From Octopus vulgaris (lineage: Eukaryota), in assembly GCA_951406725.2 (NCBI GenBank), contig OX597816.1:46934001-46998000 (forward strand): a stretch of 64,000 nucleotides of DNA. The letters are read 5' to 3'. A model generated the notes under the pieces. That model saw only the letters and a list, made by a program, of their open reading frames with translations, was not told where the DNA came from and searched no databases. Made by a program: the position numbers and the translations under genes. Within the stretch, counting starts at the first letter, position 1; every line of letters begins with the position of its first letter. Positions 58,199 through 64,000 of this stretch are shown here, piece after piece.

Positions 58199-58556
58199 CA
58201 TTATTATTATTGAGAGAGAGAGCAGTGCATGCCATCAAAGTGACAAATATACGAAGCCCAGTATACCCATCAGGACTACCTGTCTGATAAGAGTACACCA
58301 GGCACATGCATCACAACCATATGTGCATGAAATGATGATCTCATATCAAGGTAAACAGTGCATGACCTTGCAGGTGGAGCCTGGTGAGAATTTTCTTCAG
58401 TTCGGGTAGCCCATTCCACTCAAAAGGTCCCTGAATAAGGGCTGTTAAAAGATGTATAAAAATACCCATGTTTCCAAAGGTGAATTATTCAAACCCCAAA
58501 GAATTCCTCTCGACACATGGCTATGATGCTCCCCATGATTATCATCATTATCATCA

Positions 58557-58602
<46 letters not shown>

Positions 58603-59248
58603 CATCATCATCATTATTTTAAGGTGGGGAGCCAGCAGAATTGTTAGCACGCTGGGCAAAATACTTAGTAGTATTTTGTCCATCTTTACATTCTGAGTTC
58701 AAATTCTGCCAAGGTTGACATTGCCTTTCATCATTTCAGGGTTGATAAATTAAGTACCAGTAAAACACTGGGTTGATGCACTCGATTAGTCCCCTCCATG
58801 CAAATTTCAGGCCTTGTGCCTTTAGTAGAAAGGATTGTTGTTGTTGTTATTATTATTTCTATATAAAGTATATTTGAATGTCACAAATTTGAATAGAGTA
58901 CATAAAATACTTCTCTTTTCTTGATTTGTATATTTACCTCTAAGTCATCAATTGGACAGCCAGCTTGTAGGAATTTCAAAACCCTCTGAAATGAAAGAAA
59001 GATAACAAAAATTATTCTTTTTTAGTTTCAGTAATTGGACCCTAATCTTGTTGGTGCATCTTATCTAACAGTTTCTAGCTGATTATATTAATTTCACTAC
59101 TGTGTCAACCTCATTGTTATTGGCCCAAGAAGGAGGCAAGTGATTTGAGTTCATCTGGGCAGGATTTAAACTGAATTACCATAAAGTGTATTGTTTACTG
59201 TTCTACTAGTTCTGTCCTTTACACCCTGTCCACACAAATATGTGCACG

Positions 59249-59299
<51 letters not shown>

Positions 59300-62200
59300 T
59301 TTCTCTATACTTTTGATGTGTGGAAAAAGAGGTTGGGTCTCCTGATGGACCTTTGCATGGCTTGTTGTCCACTCCTTAGAGTAGACACACTTGGTTTCCT
59401 TCCCCATTTAATATCTCAGAATATCATTTTGTCATATAAAGTAGTCATAAATTAAGCTATCGACATGATGGCTAACTTAATTTGATTGCTTGTCATATCC
59501 TAGGATCAAAAGGCATTAAAAATATGTTAAAAAGATGTTGAGTAATGAACAAACCTGTTTGTGATAAAACTCTACCATTTTAGTAACATCAAAAGCATAT
59601 TTTAAAAATCTGTAAACATGTGCCCTTACCTTTATCTGAGAGAGAAAATGAAAGAAAATGGTATTACTGAGTATTCAATCTACTCTCTACTCACCCCAAT
59701 TTTAATTTTCGTCTGAATATATAAAAGAGATAAGTACTGAACTGTCTTTGCAAGGTTAAAAGATGCTTCAAACAGATGAATACTGAGCATTCTTCTCAAG
59801 GTTAAAAGATACCATCCTTAAAAAATTAACAACTTTCGACAAAGCCCAGTTGAGAGCCATAATGAAGATTACTGTAACATATGTGATGGTGCTGCATGAA
59901 GACTGCATTCAGAAAAGAATCATCTGATTGACTGACATAAAGACAAGTACAAATGCACTCCAGCATCTGGTTCACAGGTGTGCTCTCTCTCTCTCTCTCT
60001 CTCTCTCTCCTGTCTGCCTTCTCTACTACTACTATAATGGGTGCTGCTCCTCAGAGCTAGGTGGGCTCATATCACCCCTACTCAACCTTTCATCACCTTT
60101 GTTGAGCACTGCTCTAATCACTACACCCATTCTTTCTGACCTAGAATGTCAGTCCTTTGGTATTCCCTCTGTGCTCCTTTATTTTCCTGAAGATGCTGAT
60201 CTACCAAGTTAAGAACATTAATGGCATTAATCTCAGTGATCTTGGAGGGCCTACAAAAACCATGGACACTATCCCTTCCGCCAAAAACCATCAAATAAAA
60301 ACACAAACATACACAAAAGTTTGAGTGCTAACAGGAGCTTTTTTTCTTCCTTCTCAGGTAAGTGGTGACTAATCTATCTTTGACAGTCAATATATTACTG
60401 TATCAGATAAAGCATTTTATTGTGATGGTTTCACATCCATGCCGTTTAAATGACATTGATAGAAAAACATTGTAATTCCTGTCTCATATAAATTAGTGTT
60501 TTTCTATATTATTGTCATCATCATCATCATTTAATGCTTATCTTCCAGACTAACAGTGAACAATAATCCCTTGCCATATAGCGGTTCACCTATCGTGGTT
60601 TATTATTTAAGCTTATCTCGAATGTTCCATGATGTTGTTTTGCATTTATAATTAAAAAATATATATACAAATTATAAAAGTAATAAAAAAATATACAGTA
60701 GTGTTCCTACTTCGCAGATTTTCACCTATTGTGGAGGAGGGGTGTTGGAACGTAACACCCATGATAGTTGAGGGATTACTGTATATGCATGCATGTATGT
60801 GTGCATATGTGTGTGTGTGTGTATATATATTTGTATGTGTGTGTATATATATATATATGTGTGTATGTATAAGTATGCATAGGTATTATAGATAAGTACA
60901 TATACACAGACGTGAAGGAAGTAAATAGACAACTTTAATTTTCAAAATTTCTAATCTAAGTGTCTTAATATGTTTTCAGCAGTGTAGAATTTACAATGTA
61001 ATTATTATTTTTCATTCCAGGTGCCATTATATTAAACATTTGCAAAGAGTAACCATGCCATACACAAAAAATTCAGCAGAACTGTCAGATTTTCAAAGAG
61101 GTCATATTGTTGGGCAATCTGAAGCTGGTCTTAGCCAGTGAAAAATTGCCGAAAATCTTCAAATTCCTCTTGCTACTGTTAATAGAATTATAATACAATT
61201 CAAAAGCCCAGGAAAAAATCAAAGATTCTCATCCCGGCCGACCTGGGTCCTCGGAAAGGAAGCTTTGCTGTTTGAAGAGAATTGTGGAAAATAAACCCCG
61301 TTCAAAGGCTTCTGACATTGCAAAACAGCTAGAAGTTAGTCCAAGAATGTGTGTTACATATCAGCATAAGCTTGGGTATTATGGATGAGCAGCTTGAAGA
61401 AAACCTCTCCTTCAACCAATTAATATCATGAAAAGAAAGAAATGGGCTAAGGAGATGTCAGAAAAATCCAGTTCATTTTGGGTTAGAGTGATTTTCTGAG
61501 ATGAATCCAGATTTGCATTATTTTCAGATAGTGGACGTGTTTGGGTCTGGAGGTTTCTCAATCAAGAATTTGATTTGAAATGACTCCAACTAACTGTGAA
61601 ACATGGCGGTATCTCTGTAATGGTATGGGGAGCTGTCACCAGCAATGGTCGTTCTGAGCTGATAAAATGTGTTGGAACCATAAACTCTGAAAAATACATC
61701 GAAATACTTAAGCAAGGACTACTTCCGATGTATTCACACGATAACATAATGAAAAAAGAGTTTTTATTCATGGAAGATGGGGCTCCATGCCACACAGTGA
61801 AAAGTAATCAACAATGGCTGACTGAAAATGGATCAAAAAGCTTCCTTGGCTGAGCCAATCTCCTGACATGAACCCAAATGAAAATCTTTGGAGCATACTT
61901 GATAGAGCTATACAAAAAACTTGACAGAAACCTAAATCTAAAGATGAATTGTTTCGATTGTTGTGTGAAAAGTGGGCAGAAATTCCACAAGAGACAATCA
62001 TAAAGCTCATCAGTCCAATGTCAAAAAGAGTTTCTGAATTAAAAACTGCAAAGGGAATGTCAACTAAATACTAAAGTATGTAGTCCTACCTGCCTATTAC
62101 ATTTCAATTGTTCGCTTTTACTCTTTTTTTTCTCTTTTACTCTTTTACTTGTTTCAGTCATTTGACTGCGGCCATGCTGGAGCACCACCTTTAGTACTTA

Positions 62201-62620
62201 TTCTATCGGTCTCTTTTTGCCGAACTGCTAAGTGATGGGGACATAAACACACCAGCATCAGTTGTCAAGCAATGCTAGGGGGACAAACACAGACACACAA
62301 ACACACACACATATACATATATATACATATATATGACGGGCTTCTTTCAGTTTCCGTCTACCAAATCCACTCACAAGGCATTGGTCGGCCCGGGGCTATA
62401 GCAGAAGACACTTGCCCAAGATACCACGCAGTGGGACTGAACCCGCAACTGTGTGGTTGGTTAGCAAGCTACTTACCACACAGCCACTCCTGCGCCTGTC
62501 TGCAATTTTATTTCAACAAGATAAGTTGAAAATTAAAGGTGTCTATTTACTTCCTGCATGTCTGTGTATATATGTATAAGTATATATTTAAATATATCTA
62601 CTATCTATCTATCACTATAT

Positions 62621-62653
<33 letters not shown>

Positions 62654-63273
62654 TGTGCACAAAACTCTCAGCCCTTGATTCCCTCTGTATCTTCTGCCAA
62701 TTATTAAAAATGCATATGCATGTGTGTCTGTACATATGTCTGTCTATCTGTATGTATGTATGTATGTATGTATGCATGTATGTATGTATGTATGCATGCA
62801 TTTACGTGTGCATACATGTAGCTGCGTATGTATTGTTGTTGTAGCTTTGTTTACAGTTTTATAAACTTCACATCCTACTGCAAATGCTGGCCTTTGTCAC
62901 AAACATTCGGTCATAAATATTTTATTCTTTGCGTTGTTTGTTTAGACTTTGTAATTTGTTGTAATTTTGTAGCCAAAATAAATGAATTGAAAAAAAAATA
63001 AAACAAAATTTAATTAAATTGTCACTGTGGTTTTGTGCAAGTAGAAAAAAAAACCCAAAAAATTCCCCCAAAAATCAGCACATGTGTAATCTGAAGCTCG
63101 AAGCATAAACTAAGTCGTTTACTTACCACATCTTTATAATTAATCAAACCTAATTAATGAACTCTCATTACTTACCTTTCGGTCACTGTTACAGATTGCA
63201 ACACGTAGATTTACATTAGTCTCGCTATCCACAATGTTTTTGATGTCACAAGCTGTGTATAATCCAATTGGAG
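10436..63273 (-). CDS. TRPA1: TRPA1-family ankyrin-repeat TRP channel, 5'-partial, 22 coding exons in window
   Basis: Manual splicing gives one open frame with compatible phases: ankyrin TPLH motifs, then RWEEC/LDRC/IEFNFK linker, LLSHPVC..KMKW pre-S1, six TM segments, LMNLLIGLAVG (S6), LKRLTMQVELH (TRP-like), coiled coil. Family is clear; orthologue versus paralogue status is not established. Confidence 0.93.
12168..12283 (-). CDS. TRPA1: TRPA1-like exon 21 (start of coiled coil)
   Basis: tag/gtaatg; 116 nt, phase 0 to 2; KIVNEDADAGQLDAKLASLGRSIAQNAYLYDEMHQQKK(R). Confidence 0.87.
12407..12812. mobile_element. Two abutting piggyBac-like MITE copies in opposite orientation
   Basis: ttaaccctttag...aaagggttaa followed directly by the reverse copy, sharing TTAA at about 12586. 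Confidence 0.75.
14290..14690 (+). mobile_element. Tc1/mariner-superfamily remnant
   Basis: KHPVNIMVFGVITSDGDVMPP resembles the transposase VMVWG region. Confidence 0.45.
14901..14993 (-). CDS. TRPA1: TRPA1-like exon 20
   Basis: cag/gttagt; 93 nt; VELHADLESKLPRRFIQKVNKMIYRIYPNRL. Confidence 0.92.
17620..17952 (-). mobile_element. RTE/BovB-like LINE 3' fragment
   Basis: Minus strand reads AFELWCWRRFLRIPWTAR-type motif. Confidence 0.75.
18243..18311 (-). CDS. TRPA1: TRPA1-like exon 19 (S6 gate, TRP-like helix)
   Basis: cag/gtaaat; 69 nt; IGLAVGNIDAVIRDARLKRLTMQ. Confidence 0.94.
19274..19321 (+). ncRNA. Minimal type I hammerhead ribozyme motif (Penelope-like)
   Basis: GTCT-CTGATGA-a-GGGATAT ataaa ATATCCT-g-GAAA-CAGCTG-TA-AGAC: stem I GTCT/AGAC, both core boxes, palindromic stem III ACAGCTGT, GUA triplet. 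Confidence 0.7.
19793..20288 (+). mobile_element. tRNA-headed SINE joined to the 3' half of the CORE-type SINE
   Basis: ggcgcaatggcctagtggttagg...tttcgattccc head; body shared with 17280-17595 and 48095-48325; tail shared with 23132-23320. Confidence 0.7.
20888..21082 (-). CDS. TRPA1: TRPA1-like exon 18 (pore helices, filter, S6)
   Basis: tag/gtaaat; 195 nt; ESHAHRSPALSILRVGMMILEPEFMDNFNEP...FTPIMLMNLL. Confidence 0.94.
21165..23100 (+). mobile_element. Cluster of tRNA-derived SINE family B copies (about 210 bp)
   Basis: ggtgagctggcagaa...gagttcaaattc...gtcgactttgcctttcatcctttcggggtcgataaa...aagtacc, (ATT)n tails; about 6-7 copies; central domain recalls the Meta-SINE domain (from memory). 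Confidence 0.85.
21848..22410. repeat. Unclassified dispersed repeat in (ATT)n context
   Basis: Related copies at 58212-58535 and 24600-24645 (gagagagcag..gccatcaaagtgaca). Confidence 0.65.
23132..23465 (-). mobile_element. CORE-type tRNA SINE
   Basis: tRNA head, gtgttcttgagcaagacacttt...ctcagctgtagaaatg core, tail shared with 20090-20288. Confidence 0.75.
24941..25070 (-). CDS. TRPA1: TRPA1-like exon 17 (S4-S5 linker, S5)
   Basis: cag/gtaaat; 130 nt; IEIFGLHVVMCLEVLRTLIQALCIYSILFIAFGMGFYVVMAKE. Confidence 0.94.
25093..25420. repeat. Degenerate (CAT/CCT/CAC)n low-complexity tract
   Basis: Direct inspection. Confidence 0.9.
25462..25669 (+). mobile_element. Non-autonomous Helitron-like element
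   Basis: a|TC start, hairpin gccatc-gttttt-gatggc, CTAG|t end. Confidence 0.65.
26620..26789 (-). CDS. TRPA1: TRPA1-like exon 16 (S3-S4)
   Basis: tag/gtaaag; 170 nt; GKRYFREPINILEWILY...QWEAGALAIFFAWFNLLVFLQR. Confidence 0.94.
27525..27614 (-). CDS. TRPA1: TRPA1-like exon 15 (S2)
   Basis: cag/gtaagt; 90 nt; LSIFHSITIWLITIFCIINLLKEIVQIIQQ. Confidence 0.9.
28899..29004 (-). CDS. TRPA1: TRPA1-like exon 14 (extracellular S1-S2 loop)
   Basis: tag/gtaaat; 106 nt, phase 2 to 0, needed to keep frame between exons 13 and 15; YALNHTVKVSTVSADDEKTKEEIDACSFKVMQTFE. Confidence 0.82.
29103..29515 (-). mobile_element. RTE-type LINE 3' end with C2H2 zinc fingers
   Basis: EKSRVVHEKVRRDVRK then CSVC..LKSHLHSH, CQAC..LKRHAKVH, CQFC..(frameshift)LAGLKSHIRSQH; short 3'UTR gccatactcgataacgaggggtagcc. 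Confidence 0.7.
30590..30709 (-). CDS. TRPA1: TRPA1-like exon 13 (S1)
   Basis: tag/gtacca; 120 nt; NAYGRWIYIFNLLLYIIFLGLLTNFVTTHDSMMHYDPDC. Confidence 0.9.
30753..31120. repeat. About 22-bp minisatellite (gggttagatggtggattaagtgt)
   Basis: Roughly 15 degenerate tandem units next to the exon 13 acceptor. Confidence 0.85.
31225..31725 (-). mobile_element. CR1-like LINE 3' fragment with inverted duplication at its 5' end
   Basis: NTRGHIYKVRKQ...RKHFFTLRVAEAWNKLPASVV; (TTA)n tail; short 3'-end copies near 15195, 16887, 38470. Confidence 0.85.
32031..32312. mobile_element. hAT-like MITE remnant
   Basis: cagtatttctcaaa ... tttaggcaccactg termini. Confidence 0.4.
33009..33617 (-). mobile_element. 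Solo LTR (Gypsy-like) with 4-bp TSD CTAG
   Basis: TGTA...TACA termini; CTAG at 33005-33008 and 33618-33621; splits a SINE tail; CpG-rich; RTE tail nested at 33159-33302. Confidence 0.75.
33985..34055 (-). CDS. TRPA1: TRPA1-like exon 12 (pre-S1)
   Basis: aag/gtaaat; 71 nt; MMAKLGREDLLSHPVCENFLKMK(W). Confidence 0.93.
34277..34672. repeat. (GATA)/(GACA)/(GATG) compound microsatellite
   Basis: Direct inspection. Confidence 0.95.
35538..35655. repeat. (GAA)n(CAA)n microsatellite
   Basis: Direct inspection. Confidence 0.95.
35806..35901 (-). CDS. TRPA1: TRPA1-like exon 11 (linker)
   Basis: aag/gtaagt; 96 nt; IEFNFKHMQHPAIYHKKKPAQKESFGPLSCLV. Confidence 0.9.
37664..37723 (-). CDS. TRPA1: TRPA1-like exon 10 (linker)
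   Basis: tag/gtaagt; 60 nt; AVLDRCQTSSSHQPKSYHFY. Confidence 0.88.
38989..39205. mobile_element. Mariner-type MITE
   Basis: TIRs TGAGGGGTTACTGAAAAGTTCCTGGCTTT / AAAGCCAGGAACTTTTTAGCAGCCCCTCA, TA flanks. Confidence 0.85.
39525..39609 (-). CDS. TRPA1: TRPA1-like exon 9 (linker)
   Basis: cag/gtgagc; 85 nt; WEECMELYSVLYGWPMIGLVRQLPEVCM. Confidence 0.9.
41168..41334 (-). CDS. TRPA1: TRPA1-like exon 8 (last ankyrin repeats)
   Basis: tag/gtaaaa; 167 nt; DTPLHVTAAEGHAAMVNVLL...AAMTVVLHER. Confidence 0.92.
41624..42636 (+). mobile_element. Helitron-like element with nested SINE and internal about 100-bp duplication
   Basis: a|TC start, hairpin gtcc-aaa-ggac, CTAG|t end; SINE at about 41828-42255. 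Confidence 0.55.
43873..43987 (-). CDS. TRPA1: TRPA1-like exon 7 (ankyrin)
   Basis: tag/gtaaga; 115 nt; DNDGNTPLHLAAKNGYTQTARLLLDIYPNILDSKNLNR. Confidence 0.93.
46039..46430 (+). mobile_element. Non-autonomous Helitron-like element
   Basis: a|TC start, subterminal GC hairpin ccgagcaacaccgg, CTAG|t end. Confidence 0.7.
46459..46623 (-). CDS. TRPA1: TRPA1-like exon 6 (ankyrin)
   Basis: aag/gtaagt; 165 nt; YGRFNTCVRLL...QTALHLASQNGHTKLVSLLLRKGAVIY. Confidence 0.93.
47223..47386 (-). CDS. TRPA1: TRPA1-like exon 5 (ankyrin)
   Basis: cag/gtatgt; 164 nt; HSKDLLNERDISGWTPLHYAAKMG...EQSPFHLASR. Confidence 0.93.
47495..47635. repeat. (ATGC)(CATC)(CATA)(CAAA) compound microsatellite
   Basis: Direct inspection. 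Confidence 0.9.
49769..49969 (-). CDS. TRPA1: TRPA1-like exon 4 (ankyrin)
   Basis: aag/gtatga; 201 nt; GADINALDSHGRTPLLLAASKG...RNFLHLAIENG. Confidence 0.93.
50371..50600. mobile_element. Second TTAA-type MITE family (relative at about 27716-27943)
   Basis: ttaacctttt...aaaaggattaa ends; internal similarity between the two copies. Confidence 0.5.
52801..52900 (-). ncRNA. Degenerate hammerhead motif with long stem II
   Basis: Minus strand CTGATGA-tggaatagat...atctattttt-GAAACAGCTGTA-agg; same stem III as the 19274 copy; weak stem I. Confidence 0.45.
53265..54054 (-). mobile_element. Internally deleted mariner element
   Basis: TIRs TTGGGTTGACCGGAAAGTTC / GAACTTTCCGGACAACCCAA with TA flanks; mariner motif PYSPDIAPLDFHLFRSLQNSL. 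Confidence 0.9.
53496..53715. mobile_element. piggyBac-like MITE nested in the mariner
   Basis: TTAA-CCC...GGG-TTAA; interrupts the mariner frame; relatives near 6585-6797, 12407-12812, 20474-20660. Confidence 0.8.
54241..54429 (-). CDS. TRPA1: TRPA1-like exon 3 (ankyrin)
   Basis: cag/gtac; 189 nt; EDFSTPVHCASSQG...KMTPLHRAAQLNQAAAVHFLLDR. Confidence 0.92.
54545..54752. mobile_element. Penelope-like inverted terminal-repeat remnant
   Basis: About 60-bp arms (tttacattcaacggatatttgtcctcatcttgtttgttgttaacac / gtgtcaacaacaaacaagatggggacaaatatctgtcgaatgtaaa) around a hammerhead motif. Confidence 0.55.
54658..54703 (+). ncRNA. Degenerate minimal hammerhead motif inside an inverted-repeat element
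   Basis: GACAC-CTGAAGA-a-GGCTG gagggtatat CAGCT-GAAA-catt-GTGTC; stem I GACAC/GTGTC; stem III looks CpG-decayed. Confidence 0.6.
55515..58850 (+). mobile_element. Second cluster of SINE family B copies
   Basis: About 7 same-orientation copies interleaved with RTE and R4-like fragments. Confidence 0.8.
57190..57700 (-). mobile_element. R4/Dong-like (restriction-like endonuclease) LINE 3' fragment
   Basis: KILWDFPIQIDQVLEHNRPDLVVVDK; a more decayed NRPDI fragment at about 52200-52590 (+). Confidence 0.75.
58938..58985 (-). CDS. TRPA1: TRPA1-like exon 2
   Basis: tttcag/gtaaat; 48 nt; RVLKFLQAGCPIDDLE, ankyrin second helix. Confidence 0.78.
60560..60784. mobile_element. pogo/Tigger-like MITE remnant
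   Basis: caataatccct...gagggattactg-ta imperfect TIRs. Confidence 0.4.
60905..62566 (+). mobile_element. Tc1-family DNA transposon, decayed; SINE inserted at about 62115-62497
   Basis: About 41-bp TIRs CACAGACGTGAAGGAAGTAAATAGAC... flanked by TA at both ends; internal transposase remnant. Confidence 0.92.
61055..62074 (+). pseudogene. Tc1 transposase pseudogene
   Basis: ELSDFQRGHIVG, DESRF, TVKHGGISVMVWG, FMEDGAPCH, SPDMNPNENLW, KGMSTKY*; several stops and frameshifts. Confidence 0.92.
63176..63273 (-). CDS. TRPA1: TRPA1-like exon 1 (in window), degenerate ankyrin repeat
   Basis: ttttgcag/gtaagt; 98 nt, phase 1 to 0; PIGLYTACDIKNIVDSETNVNLRVAICNSDRK; weak similarity, supported by splice sites and phase. 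Confidence 0.7.
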
Positions 63274-64000
63274 CTGCAAAAAAGATAAAACAACTGTGTA
63301 AGTGTCATTAAGTGTAATTATTCAAATCTATGTAACTTTAAACTAAAACAGCATCTGAAGGCCAGTGGTTAGCTGAAAGTTTGGCGGTTTATTTGTACTT
63401 TGTCCATGGCATTGTCTTGTATCCATGACCAAAGTAATTAACTGTCAAATGATCCAGTTCACTATGTTGAAAATAGGTACAGCTGGCTAGAAACTATTTG
63501 TTGCTTTGAGAAATAGCAATAAATTAACAAAGTCTAAAATTGCTAAATAGTACATTAGCTTACAGAGTTAAGTTTTATTCTTCTAGCAGACAATGCTTTG
63601 AGAAGGATAGCTTGAAATTCTTTAAATGAAAGTAAAGTTTGTAATATACTCCAACTACCCTATGGATTATAGTGGACGTTCCACTTTATGCTGTACTAAT
63701 ATACACATGAAAGATTGTTCTAAAAGCATACAAAATATTAATTAAGCAAGCCAAGAGGAATTATGCATTTAAGTGATATTCCACCAGCTCTCTGCCCTCT
63801 CTAATCATTATTCAGCACCACCACCACTGCCATCACCACAGCCACCACCACCACCGTCACCATCATCACCAATATTATCATTTAACATGTTTTCTATGCT
63901 GGCATGGGTTGTACAGTTTGACAGGATTCGGTGAGCGACAGAGCCGTGTCAAGTTCCAATGTTAGCCGAAGCTGACATTGGTATGGTTTCTACAATTGGA

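Overview
AT-rich, repeat-dense eukaryotic DNA. The SINE/RTE/microsatellite content and intron sizes point to a coleoid cephalopod, probably Octopus (inference from recalled repeat families, not a search). About 53 kb is one minus-strand TRPA1-family channel gene. I reconstructed 22 GT-AG coding exons by hand (63273 to stop at 10436; 2804 nt, about 933 codons) with compatible phases at every junction. They cover ankyrin repeats, linker, S1-S6, TRP-like helix and coiled coil; the 5' end lies beyond the window. Relative to human TRPA1 (alignment from memory) the protein lacks the electrophile-sensing cysteines and the selectivity-filter glycine, but keeps the S2-S3 Ca2+ site and the S6 gate. Introns hold tRNA-derived SINEs, RTE/CR1/R4-type LINE fragments, decayed Tc1 and mariner elements, MITEs, Helitron-like elements and a solo LTR. 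They also hold three Penelope-type minimal hammerhead motifs and a near-perfect 101-bp fold-back hairpin. Most short ORFs in the supplied track are repeat artefacts.
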